Assembly: GCA_963697935.1 (NCBI GenBank)
Contig: OY969107.1
Coordinates: forward strand, 2,542,415-2,606,414
DNA length: 64,000 nt
Direction of reading: 5' to 3'
Origin: an uncultured Alphaproteobacteria bacterium
GTDB lineage: Bacteria > Pseudomonadota > Alphaproteobacteria > Rhodobacterales > Rhodobacteraceae
Below the pieces are notes generated by a model. It made no database searches. It had not been told where the DNA came from and saw only the letters and a program-made list of their open reading frames with translations. Every line of letters begins with the position of its first letter. Position 1 is the first letter of the stretch. Below, piece after piece: positions 22,826 through 33,335 of the stretch. The translations under genes were made by a program, and so were the position numbers.

Positions 22826-24042
22826 GGCGACAGGCCGGCGCTGGCCGCCGCGGCGTCCAGCTGCGCCATGGCGGCGGCGGACGCGCCGCAAAGACCTGCT
22901 GCGCCTCGGCCAGGATGGCGCCGGCCTGGTCGGTCTCGCCCAGCATCGCCAGCGAGGCGATCAGCCGCGCCCAGTCCTCGACCGGGCCGCCCTCGGCTGG
23001 CCAGCCGCTCGGCCAGCCCGTCGACCATGCCGCGGATCATCGCCTCGCGGTCTGCCGCGGTCATGTCGCCGGCGGCCTCGATATCGGCGGCGCTGGGTCC
23101 GGGGGCCTCGGGCAGGGTGTAGTTCACGCCGGCGCGCATCGCCGCGTCCTCGATCTGGGCGCGGGCCAGCTCGACATGGATGCCGCCCTGCCCGCTGTCG
23201 ACCAGGCCGCGCCAGAGGCGGAAGGCGATGTCGGGGCGGTCGGTCTCGGCGTAGAGCAGGCCAAGATAGTAGCGCGCGGCGAGGTTCTGATCGTCGCGCG
23301 CGATGATCCGGCGGACGACCTGCTCGGCCTCGGGCGAGACCTAGTCCGGCGGTGGCGGCCACCATGAGATCGGCCAGCAGTTGCAGGTCCCCGACGGTGG
23401 CGTCATCGCCCCTGATCTCGACCAGATGCGCCTGCGCCGGCGGCGGCGGCGGCATAGTTGCCCAGGGCGCCTTCGTGGCGGGCCAGCAGGGTCCATGCCC
23501 TGCAGGTCATCGGGGCGGGTCGGGACGATGTCGCGCAATTGCTGCGACCATGGCCAGATAATCGGCCGGCGCCTCGACTTCGGGGCGCGGCAGTTGCGCG
23601 GCGGCCGCCTCGGCCTCGGCCTGGCCCGGCCGGTGGTCGCGGACGGCATCGCCCTGCGCGATGCGGCTGGCCAGCGACAGGTCGGGATAGCCCGGTGCGC
23701 CCAGACGGTAATAGCCCAGCGATGCCGCCCAGGATCACCAGCGCCCCGGCCAGCGCCACCGCCAGCCGGGTCGCGCCCTCGGGGGCCTGCCGCGCCGGAG
23801 GTCCGCCGCGCCCGTCGGCGGCAAGGATGCGGCGCGACGATCTCGATGCGCGAGCGCTCGGCCTCGTCGGGGGCCAGCGTGCCGCGCGCGAGATCGCGGT
23901 CCACTTCCGCCAGCTGGTCGCGGTAGAGCTCCACATCGCGGATTGCTCCGTCCGGCGCGGCGCGCGGCCGCGCAACAGCGGCAGGACCAGAGCACCGGCC
24001 ACCAGCGCCAGATACGACGCCGGTCAGGATCCAGAACAGCAT
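22822..24042 (-). CDS. ccmI: cytochrome c-type biogenesis protein CcmI (CycH), apparent frameshifts
   Basis: N-terminal TM segment MLFWILTGVV, then VELYRDQLAEVDRDLARGTLAPDEAERSRIEI. TPR-like C-terminal fragments read LLARHEGALGNYAAAA and MRAGVNYTLPEAPGPSAADIEAAGDMTAADREAMIRGMVDGLAERL. Confidence 0.8.
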
Positions 24043-24249
24043 GGGCAATCTCCGTCGGTTGCGACCTACCTAGTCGCCGTTGCCCGGCATGGGAAGGGGC
24101 AGGCTTGGGCCCGGAAAGCTGCGACAAGGTGCGCCATGTCGCGATTCGCTTGGGTAACTGTGCCGCTGGCAGGCACCATGTCATCGGCGGCAGAGTTCAG
24201 GTAAGCTCAGGTGCCGCAACCGCCCTGCCGCAGAGGAGATCGCCCCGCC

Positions 24250-25500
24250 ATGAAACGCTATTCCGTCTTTGCCATCGCCCGCGAGGCCTTGCGCTATCAC
24301 ACCGGCTGGGAACGGGCCTGGGCGCTCGCCCGCGCCCAAGAAGCACTACGACGTCATCATCGTCGGCGCCGGCGGCCACGGGCTGGCGACCGCCTATTAC
24401 CTGGGCAAGAACCACGGCATCACCAATGTCGCGGTGCTCGAAAAGGGCTGGCTTGGCGGCGGCAATACCGGGCGCAACACCACGATCATCCGCTCGAACT
24501 ACCTGCAGGATGCCTCGGCCGCGATCTACGAAAAGGCCCGCTCGCTCTACGAGACCATGAGCCAGGACCTGAACTATCAACGTCATGTTCAGCCCGCGCG
24601 GCGTGATCATGCTGGCCCAGACCCAGCACGAGGTGCGCGGCTACAAGCGCACCGCCCATGCCAACGCGCTGCAAGGGGTGGCGACCGAGTTCATCTCGCC
24701 CGCAGCGGGTCAAGGAACTGGTGCCGATCATCAATATCGACGGGCCGCGCTACCCGGTGCTGGGCGCGCTGTGGCAGGCGCGCGGCGGCACCGCGCGCCA
24801 CGATGCGGTGGCCTGGGGCTATGCGCGGGCCTGTTCGGACATGGGCATGGACATCATCCAGCAATGCGAGGTCACCGGCGTGCGCGCGCAAGGTGGCCGG
24901 GTGGTGGGCGTCGAGCACCACCCGCGGCGAGATCGACTGCGACAAGCTGGGTCTGGTGGTGGCCGGCCATTCCGGCGTGCTGGCCGAGATGGCCGGGTTC
25001 CGGCTGCCGATCGAGATCGCTGGCGCTGCAGGCGCTGGTCAGCGAGCCGATCAAGCCCTGCATGGACGTGGTGGTGATGGCCAACACCGTGCACGGCTAC
25101 ATGAGCCAGTCCGACAAGGGCGAGATGGTGATCGGCGGCGGCACCGACGGCTTCAACAACTACACCCAGCGCGGCTCGCTTCCACCATATCGAGGAGACG
25201 GTGCGGGCGCTGATCGAGACCTTCCCGATGATCTCGCGGCTCAAGATGCTGCGCCAGTGGGGCGGCATCGTCGACATGACCGGCGACCGCTCGCCGATCC
25301 TGTCGAAGACGCCGGTGGGCGGCATCTTCGTCAACTGCGGCTGGGGCACCGGCGGGTTCAAGGCGATCCCCGGCTCGGGCTGGGCGATGGCCGAACTGAT
25401 GGCCAAGGGCCATTCGCCGCTGACCGAGGAATTCTCGATGGACCGCTTCCGCGAGGGCCGGTTCATCGACGAAAGCGTCGCGGCGGGGGTGGCGCATTGA
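24250..25500 (+). CDS. soxB: sarcosine oxidase subunit beta, apparent frameshifts
   Basis: MKRYSVFAIAREALRYHTGWERAW, then YDVIIVGAGGHGLATAYYLGKNHGITNVAVLEKGWLGGGNTGRNTTIIRSNY. The intact C-terminus reads IETFPMISRLKMLRQWGGIVDMTGDRSPILSKTPVGGIFVNCGWGTGGFKAIPGSGWAMAELMAKG. Confidence 0.92.
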
Positions 25501-25886
25501 TGCGGAAACACGTCCTTTGGCCGGACTTTATCGCTCGGTCGCTTGCAAGCGTGTTCTGACGGTGTTCGACGTCGCACAGAAGCACTTCTGCACGACAACG
25601 ATGCGGATCCCATATCGCTCCCAATCGCGTCGACGGTGAACGATACAGTCTCGCGGGCCGAGCTTGTTCCGATGCCGATCTTGCGGTCGAAACGAGCGCG
25701 GGTTCTGAATAGCAGCGACAGGCCAACTCGGTCGGCCTCTGATCTCGGTTACCGCGGGCTCGCTTGATGTCGATGGAACGTCTGCATCGCGCAACTGCAA
25801 GCCAATCACACAATTGAGTTCTCAGTTCCTATGCACTGTCCAGCTTCGCTGGCTCGGAGCGCAGAAAATCGGGAGAGGACTATGCC

Positions 25887-26219
25887 ATGCTGACCCTGAC
25901 CTGCCCCTATTGCGGCGTCGCCGCCGACGAGACCGACTTGCACGGCCGGCGGCGAGGCGCATCTCAAGCGCTTCGGTCCCGGTGCCTCGGATGACGAGTT
26001 CGAGGGCTACCTGTTCGCGCGCGAGAACCCCAAGGGCGTGCATTTCGAGCGCTGGCGCCATGCCTATGGCTGCGGCAAGTGGTTTCTGGCGGCGCGCTGA
26101 CACCGTGACGCTCGAGGTGTTCGGCACCTATCCGGCGCAGTCCAAGCGAGCCGCCCGCAGGCATCCGCGAGGCCATCACGGCGAAACGTCCCGGCTGGAC
26201 CTGGAGAGAATTCGCATGA
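25887..26219 (+). CDS. soxD: sarcosine oxidase subunit delta, apparent frameshifts
   Basis: MLTLTCPYCGVAADETDLH..., GEAHLKRFGPGASDDEFEGYLFARENPKGVHFERWRHAYGCGKWFLAAR. The stop overlaps the soxA ATG (ATGA at 26216-26219). Confidence 0.85.
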
Positions 26220-29200
26220 GCACGCGTCTGGCCACGGCGGCCGCCTGATCGACCGCGAGCGCGCGGTCGAGTTCCGCTTCAACGGCAAGCGCCTGGCGGG
26301 CTTCGCCGGCGACACGCTGGCCTCGGCGCTTCTGGCCAATGACCAGATGATGATCGGCCGGTCGTTCAAGTATCACCGGCCGCGCGGCGTCGTCGCCGCG
26401 GGCGCCGAAGAGCCGAACGCGCTGGTCAATCTCGGGCGAGGGGGCGCGGTTCGAGCCCAACCAGCGGGCCACCACGACCGAGCTTTTCGACGGCCTGCAG
26501 CGCCACCAGCCAGAACCACTGGCCGAGCCTCGAATTCGACGTCGGCGCGATCAACACCCATCTCGGCGCGGTTCCTGCCGGCCGGCTTCTACTACAAGAT
26601 GTTCATGTATCCGCGCGCCGTCTGGAAGCATGTCTACGAGCCGTTCATCCGGCAGTCGGCCGGGCTCGGCAAGGCGCCGAAAGACGCGCGATGCCGACAC
26701 TTACGAGCATTTCCACGCCTATGTCGATGTGCTGGTCGATCGGCGGCGGCATTGCCGGGCTGCAGGCGGCGCTGGCGGCCGGCAAGTCCGGGGCGCGGGT
26801 GCTCCTGCTGGAGCAGACGGCGCATTGGGGCGGCCGCGCGCCGGTGGATGCGGCCGACGATCGACGGCAAGCCCGCCGCAGACTGGGTGAAGAACGCCGT
26901 TCAAGACCTGGAAAAGATGCCGAATGTCACGATCCGCACCCGGACCATGGGCGCGGGCGTCTATGACCACGGCTATGCGCTGGGCTATGAACGGCTGACC
27001 GACCACAGCCCGAGGACGTCCGGCCCGCGCCACCGGCTGTGGCGTATCCGCGCGCGGCAGATCGTCACCGCGACCGGCGCCATCGAGCGGCCTTTGTCGT
27101 TTGCCGGCAATGACTTGCCGGGCGTTATGCTGGCCAGTGCGGTGCGCGACTATGCTGGTCAACTTGGGCGTCTCGGTCGGGCGACCGGACGGTGGTGGTC
27201 ACCAACAACGACGACGCCTACCGCACCGCGCTGGCCCTGCGCGAGGCCGGTCTGGTGGTGCCTGCCATCGTCGACGCGCGGCCGCAGGCGTCCGGCCCGC
27301 TGCCCGCAACAGGCCCGCGCCGCTCGGCATCCGGGTGCTGACCGGCATGCGGCGTTGCCAAGGTCAAGGGCGGCGCGCCGCGTCACCGGCGGTCGCCGTC
27401 TGCGCGCAGGCCGGCGAGGGCGCGGTGCTGGAAGAGATCGCCTGCGACTGCGTGGCGATGTCGGGCGGCTGGTCGCCGGTGGTGCATCTGTGGTCGCATT
27501 GCGGCGGCAAGCTGATCTGGGACGACGATCAGGCGATGTTCCGCCCCGATGCCGCGCGCGCCGCCGACCGGGGCTGACGGCCCGGCCTTCGTCATCGCCG
27601 CCGGCACCGCCAACGGGCATCTGCGCACCGCCGAGGTGCTCGCCGACGCGACCGAGGCCGGACGCGCCGCCGCGCGCGCCGTCGGCGGCCGGGTCCGGGC
27701 GACAAGGGCGGTGCGGCGACGGACGAGGACGAGGCCGCCGATGGCGCCGGTCTGGCTGATGCCGCAGGGCGCCGGGATCGCGCTGCGCGATGAAGGCCTG
27801 GCTCGACTACCAGAACGACGTGAAGGTCTCGGACGTGCAACTGGCCGCGCGCGAAGGCTATGAAAGCGTCGAACATGCCAAGCGCTACACCACGCTCGGC
27901 ATGGCGACCGATCAGGGCAAGTTGAGCAATATCAACGGGCTGGCGGTGCTTTCCGAGGCGCTCAACGCCGAGATCCCGCAAGTCGGCACCACCACCTTCC
28001 GCCCGCCCTACACGCCGATCTCGATGGGCGCGATCGCCGGCGAGGCGCGCGGGGCGCTGTTCCAGCCGGTGCGGCAGACGCCGATCCACGGCTGGCACGA
28101 TCGACCAACGGCGCCGATTTCGAGCCGGTCGGCCAGTGGCGGCGGCCCTATTGCCTTTCCGCGCGCGCGGCGAGACAGTGCACGATGCCGTGACGCGCGA
28201 GATCATCAACACCCGCAGCAATGTCGGGCTGCTGGACGCCTCGACCCTGGGCAAGCTGATCGTCAAGGGCCCCGATGCCGGGCCGCTTCCTCGACATGCT
28301 CTACACCAACATGATGAGCACTCTGGCGGTCGGCAAATGCCGCTACGGGCTGATGTGCTCGGAAAACGGCTTTCTGATCGATGACGGCGTGGTGGCGCGG
28401 ATCGACGACGATACCTGGCTCTGCCACACCACCACCGGGCGGCGCCGAGCGCATCCACGGCCATATGGAAGACTGGCTGCAATGCGAATGGTGGGACTGG
28501 CAGGTCTATGTCGCCAACGTCACCGAGCAGTTCGCCCAGATCGCCGTGGTCGGCCCCAATGCCCGCAAGGTGCTGGAAAAGCTGGGCGGCATGGATGTCT
28601 CGAAAGAGGCGCTGCCGTTCATGCAATGGGCCGATGGCACGCTCGGCGGCATTCCCGGCGCGGGTCTTCCGCATCTCGCTTCTCGGGCGAGTTGACCTAC
28701 GAGATCGCCGTGCCGGCCAGCCAGGGCCTGCGCCTTCTGGGAGGCGCGCTGGAAGCCGGGCGCGGAGTTCGGCGATCATGCCCTACGGCACCGAGGCGCT
28801 GCACGTGCATGCGGGCCGAGAAGGGCTTCATCATGATCGGCGACGAGACCGACGGCACGGTGATCCCGCAGGATCTTGGCCTCGGCTGGGCGATCTCGAA
28901 GAAGAAGGCCGACTATCTCGGCAAGCGCGCGCAGGAACGCAGCCACATGGCCGACCCGAACCGCTGGAAGCTCGTCGGGCTGGAAACGCTCGACGGATCG
29001 GTGCTGGAGGATGGCGCCTATGCCATCGGCGAGGGCGTCAACGCCAACGGCCAGCGCAACACGGTCGGGCGCGTGACCTCGACCTATTTCTCGCCGACGC
29101 TCGGGCGCGGGCATCGCCATGGGGCTGGTCCTGCACGGGCCGGACCGGATGGGCGAGGTCATCGAGCTCGACCAGGACCGGCGGCGGCAGCGTTCAGGCG

Positions 29201-29254
29201 CGCATCGTCGATCCGGTGTTCTACGACAAGGCTGGGGAGAAGCAGGATGTCTGA
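26216..29254 (+). CDS. soxA: sarcosine oxidase subunit alpha, many apparent frameshifts
   Basis: Fragments FRFNGKRLAGFAGDTLASALLANDQMMIGRSFKYHRPRGVVAAG, DYQNDVKVSDVQLAAREGYESVEHAKRYTTLGMATDQGK, EKGFIMIGDETDGTVIPQDLGLGWAISKKKADYLGKRA and RVTSTYFSPTLG. Confidence 0.92.
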
Positions 29255-29814
29255 GCCGGTTTCCGCATTGATGGGCCGGGTCGCCGCCGGGGCGGTGACG
29301 GTGCGCGACGAGGGCCTTGCCGGCATGATCACCCTGCGCGGCGATCTGGCGACGGCCAAGCTGCGCACCGCCTGCAAGCATGCCACCGGGCTGGCGCTGC
29401 CGGCCCCGGGCAAGATCACCGGCAATGCCGCCAAGGGGCTGGCCTGGATGTCGCCGGACGAGCTGCTGGTGCTGGTGCCCCATGCCGAGGCCGGGGCCGT
29501 GGCCGACCAGATGGCCGCAGACGCTGGCCGGGACGCATCACCTTGCCGCCAACGTCTCGGACGCGCGGGCGCTGATCTCGGTTGCGGGGCCCCATGCGCG
29601 CGAGGTGCTGGCCAAGGTCTCGCCGGTTGACATGCATCCCGGGAGCTTTGCCGCGGGCGATTTCCGGCGCAGCCGCATCGGCCAGGTCGCCGGCGCGTTC
29701 TGGATCGACGCGGACGAGGTGATCCGGGTGATCTGCTTCCGCTCGCAGGCCGATTACGTGTTCACGCTCTTGGCGAAGTCGGCCGAGGATGGCGCGGTGG
29801 GCTTCCTCGGCTAG
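29247..29814 (+). CDS. soxG: sarcosine oxidase subunit gamma, one apparent frameshift
   Basis: MSEPVSALMGRVAAGAVTVRDEGLAGMITLRGDL...LAWMSPDELLVLVP, then HHLAANVSDARALISVAGPHAREVLAKVSPVDMHPGSF...RVICFRSQADYVFTLL. It is the last gene of soxBDAG. Confidence 0.85.
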
Positions 29815-29822
29815 CTTGCCGT

Positions 29823-30974
29823 TCAGTTGTCGATCGAGACTGCCGTGACGATCTGCCCTTCGAAGGGCTTGAACCTGGTGCCAACCTCGGCGCCGATCTT
29901 TTCGACCTCGGCGCCGATCTCGGCCTCGGTCATGCTGGGCCAGGGGGTCTTGCCGGTGATCAGGCCGGCCTTGAACAGCCTGTCATAGAGCGCCGCCATG
30001 TCCACCTCGCCCCAGCTGGTGCGGCTGGGGCGGTTGGCGTGATCCTCGATCCAGTTGCGCTGCAACACGTTGATCGCATGGGCATCCGCGCCCTGAAACG
30101 CCTTGATCTGGCGCACGAAGATCTGGTCCAGATCGCCAGAGCGGCGGGCGATGACGCCGACCTTCTGGTCCTTGTTGCCGACCAGCGCCAACAGGTGCAA
30201 GGGCGAGCAGTCGACCGCAATGACATGGGTGGCGGCCTTGTAGGCGGCGATCTGCTGTTCGTGGTTGTGCTTTTGCGGGTGAAACACCTCGTAACCCTCG
30301 GCTTCAAGGTGCTTTTCCAGCACCTTCTCGCCGATCAGGCTGCCCCGGATCGCCGGCAGTGCAGAGCGCGAGACATAGATCTTCTTCGCGCCCCTGGCTT
30401 CGACATTGGTGCCGCAGTTGCGCCGCGCATAGTCGCGGAACTCGGCCGATCCTTCGATCATCTGGAACATGCCAAAGCCCTGACGCGGCACGTAAAGACG
30501 CTCGACCCGGGTCGGGACCGCGAGGTTGAGCATCGGCTTGGCCACGCCCAGCATCTTCAGGAACGGCTGGTAGACGCTGGCGACATGCTCGGGGCGGTTC
30601 TGGAACTTGGGCACGTAGAGCACGCCGTCGATCTTGGCCTCGAGCTGTTCGTAGGCCCAGAAGCGGCAGATGCTTTCGACCAGGAAATGCCCGAAATGCC
30701 CGAAAAGCGGCCCCAGGAACATCCAGGTGCCGGGCAGGTCGGCCACGGTTTCGGGTGCGGGCATCGCCGGCGAGCGGGTCACCGGATTGGCGCCGCGCCA
30801 GGTGATCGAGTTTTCCACGTGGCGGCCCTCGGCATCGAGAACGCCCGAGTTCTGCACCGAGCGGTTGACCCCTTCATCAGGTGGCGGCACCACATAGGCG
30901 CCCTCCAGATAGGTGATCTTTTCTCCGGTTTCGGCTGTCAGGTCAGGCGCTACAAAGCCGAAATCGTCGCTCAT
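29823..30974 (-). CDS. glycosyltransferase family 61-like (DUF563) protein, intact
   Basis: 383-aa uninterrupted ORF. The motif WMFLGPLFGHFGHFLVESICRFW resembles the GHxLxE motif of DUF563/GT61 capsular-polysaccharide-type transferases. A central KIYVSRSALP...GEKVLEKHLEAEGYEVFHPQKHNHEQQIAAYKAATHVIAVDCSPLH block matches the C-terminal nucleotide-sugar-binding part of that family. Confidence 0.6.
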   Translation of the reverse strand: MSDDFGFVAPDLTAETGEKITYLEGAYVVPPPDEGVNRSVQNSGVLDAEGRHVENSITWRGANPVTRSPAMPAPETVADLPGTWMFLGPLFGHFGHFLVESICRFWAYEQLEAKIDGVLYVPKFQNRPEHVASVYQPFLKMLGVAKPMLNLAVPTRVERLYVPRQGFGMFQMIEGSAEFRDYARRNCGTNVEARGAKKIYVSRSALPAIRGSLIGEKVLEKHLEAEGYEVFHPQKHNHEQQIAAYKAATHVIAVDCSPLHLLALVGNKDQKVGVIARRSGDLDQIFVRQIKAFQGADAHAINVLQRNWIEDHANRPSRTSWGEVDMAALYDRLFKAGLITGKTPWPSMTEAEIGAEVEKIGAEVGTRFKPFEGQIVTAVSIDN

Positions 30975-31212
30975 AGCAGGTCTCCGTTGCCCATTGCTTG
31001 CCAGTTCCTAGCGCAGTTGGTGCATGAAGGGAACGGTGGCGATGCAAGATCGGGCGGACCGGCCCGAGCCTATTGATAGGCCAGACCGGTTTTGGCTATG
31101 AATGATCAAGCCAGTCGGCGACAGACCCGGAACAACCGGGCCGGCCGATAACAGGATGTTTGCAAGGTGGTGCCAGAGTGGCGCCGGATCCTTCGGCAGA
31201 GGGCAGGGGCAG

Positions 31213-32577
31213 ATGGCAGGCAATATCGAACGGCTCGGCGCAGGCGACGCGCTCAAGCGCGCCAGCGAGAATTCGCTGCGCAAGTATCCTTCGCCGGAAA
31301 AGGACGGCGACCGGCTCTATCCGCTGGCCGCGCCCACCTGCCGGCCGAGTTTCACCATCGGTGAGACCGACACGATCTTTGCCATCGGCTCGTGCTTTGC
31401 CCGCAATGTCGAGAAGTCGCTGGAGGCCGCCGGCAAGCGGGTGCTGAGCCGCGAATTCGAGCTGGGCCCCATCGGCGAGAGCCTGGGCGATGCCGCCAAT
31501 TTCTTCAACAAATACTCGATCCACTCGGTCACCAACGAGATCCGCTGGGCGCTGGAGCGCGACACCTTTCCGGGCGAGGCCATCCTCTATCCGCTGGGCA
31601 AGGGCAAATACTGCGACCCGCAGCTGGGCATCGCCAAGCTGGAATTCCCGGTTTCCGAGATCCTGGATTTCCGCCATCGCTACCTCGATGCGGTGGCGCA
31701 GGTGGCCGAGGCCGATGTCATCATCCTGACGCTGGGCTATGTCGAGACCTGGTACGATACCGAGCTGGACCTTTACCTCAACGTCTCGCCGCCGGCACCG
31801 CTGGTCAAGGCCAGCCCCGACCGGTTCGAGTTCCGGGTGCTGAGCTACGGCGACGTGATCGAGGGGCTGAACGAGCTGTATGAGGTGCTGCTGCGGCACC
31901 GCAAGAAGCCGCTGAAAATGCTGGTGACAGTGTCGCCGGTGCCGCTGCTGGCCACCTTCCGCGACATGGATGTCCTGGTCGCCAACGCCTATTCCAAATC
32001 GGTGCAGCGCGCCGCATTGGATGAATTCCTGATCGGCAAGGATGGGGTTGATTACTTTCCGTCCTACGAATTCGTCATCCTGTCCAACCCGACCGTGGCC
32101 TGGTCGCGCGGCGATTTCCGCCATGTCTCGCCCGATATCGTCAATCGCATCATGTCCAACGTGCTGACCAACTATGTCGAGGGCGCGGCGGCGGGCATTC
32201 CGGCGGGGCCGGAAGGGGCCGGGGCGTCGGCGCTCAATTCCGAGGCGCTGTTGTCCTCGGTGCGGCTGATGCTGAAGCTGGAGGATTACCAGGCCATCGT
32301 CGATCTGACCGACCAGAACCGCGAGGTTGCCGATGACAGCGTCGATGTGCTGCTGGCCGAGGCCGCCGCCATGCGGCATCTGGAACGGCTGGACGATGCC
32401 TATACGGTCCTGGATCGCGCCACCGGCCTGGCGCCGGGCCGGCCCCTGCCGCTGGAGCGGCTGATCATGATCTGCCGGCCGCTGCGCCGGCTCGACAATG
32501 CGCGCTCGCTGATTGCCCAGCATGGCCAGCGGTTTCCGGGCCGGACCGACTTTCGCGACCGGATCGACTGGGCCTGA
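31213..32577 (+). CDS. GSCFA domain protein with a C-terminal helical (TPR-like) extension, intact
   Basis: Contains the name-giving motif (TIFAIGSCFARNVEKSL). Further SGNH-like blocks read DVIILTLGYVETWYD, MLVTVSPVPLLATF and ANAYSKSVQRAAL. The start is uncertain (ATG at 31102, 31156 or 31213). It is transcribed divergently from the GT61-like gene. Confidence 0.7.
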   Translation: MAGNIERLGAGDALKRASENSLRKYPSPEKDGDRLYPLAAPTCRPSFTIGETDTIFAIGSCFARNVEKSLEAAGKRVLSREFELGPIGESLGDAANFFNKYSIHSVTNEIRWALERDTFPGEAILYPLGKGKYCDPQLGIAKLEFPVSEILDFRHRYLDAVAQVAEADVIILTLGYVETWYDTELDLYLNVSPPAPLVKASPDRFEFRVLSYGDVIEGLNELYEVLLRHRKKPLKMLVTVSPVPLLATFRDMDVLVANAYSKSVQRAALDEFLIGKDGVDYFPSYEFVILSNPTVAWSRGDFRHVSPDIVNRIMSNVLTNYVEGAAAGIPAGPEGAGASALNSEALLSSVRLMLKLEDYQAIVDLTDQNREVADDSVDVLLAEAAAMRHLERLDDAYTVLDRATGLAPGRPLPLERLIMICRPLRRLDNARSLIAQHGQRFPGRTDFRDRIDWA

Positions 32578-32669
32578 TCCCGACCCGGTTCCGGGCTTGC
32601 GCCCTTGACCTCGCGCGGCGGTCGGCCCAATGAAGGGTTGTCTGAAATCCTAGCTGCGAGGACCAAACC

Positions 32670-33272
32670 ATGTCATTTTCATTGCCCGATCTTCCCTATG
32701 CCCATGACGCGCTTGCCGCCAAGGGCATGTCGCAGCGAGACGCTCGAGTTTCACCACGACCTGCACCACAAGGCCTATGTCGACAACGGCAACAAGCTGA
32801 TCGCCGGGACCGAGTGGGAGGGCAAGTCGCTCGAGGCGATCATCACCGGCACCTATAGCAAGGCCGCCGTTGCCCAGAACGGTATCTTCAACAATATCAG
32901 CCAGTTGTGGAACCATAACCAGTTCTGGGAGATGATGGGCCCGGGGGCATCGGCCGATGCCCGGCGCGCTGGAAAAGGCGCTGATCGAGAGCGTTCGGCT
33001 CGGTCGCCGAGTTCAAGACGCAGTTCGCCGCCGCGGGCGCGGGCCAGTTCGGCTCGGGCTGGTGCTGGCTGGTCAAGGACACCGATGGCAGCCTCAAGGT
33101 CACCAAGACCGAAAACGGCGTGAACCCGCTCTGCTTCGGCCAGACGGCGCTTCTGGGCTGCGATGTGTGGGAGCATTCCTACTACATCGACTTCCGCAAC
33201 AAGCGTCCGGCCTATCTGACCAACTTCCTCGACAATCTGGTCAACTGGGAAAACGTCGCCAGCCGGATGTGA
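32670..33272 (+). CDS. sodB: Fe/Mn superoxide dismutase, apparent frameshifts
   Basis: MSFSLPDLPYAHDALAAKGMS.., TLEFHHDLHHKAYVDNGNKLI, NNISQLWNHNQFWEMM, GSGWCWLV and the tail LLGCDVWEHSYYIDFRNKRPAYLTNFLDNLVNWENV. Confidence 0.92.
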
Positions 33273-33294
33273 ACCGGCGGCGACGCGCAGGCGG

Positions 33295-33314
33295 CGGCGC
33301 CCTTCGGGGCGCCG
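33295..33314. terminator. GC hairpin between convergent sodB and the LOG gene
   Basis: cggcgccc-ttcg-gggcgccg is a perfect 8-bp stem with a tetraloop. There is no U-tract on either strand. Confidence 0.4.
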
Positions 33315-33335
33315 TTGCCGTCTGGCGGGCTGCGG

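Noticed and set aside
29823-32577. GT61-like/GSCFA region as a horizontally acquired genomic island or mobile element
   Set aside because: There is no integrase, transposase, tRNA gene, flanking direct repeat or inverted terminal repeat. The GC drop is modest, and convergent or divergent packing with neighbours is tight (8 bp to soxG). I kept it only as a functionally unexplained gene pair.
32578-32669. Sigma-70-type promoter for sodB (CTTGAC-N17-CCAATG)
   Set aside because: The -35 hexamer is good but the -10 hexamer is poor. Without transcription start data this is not supportable as a feature.
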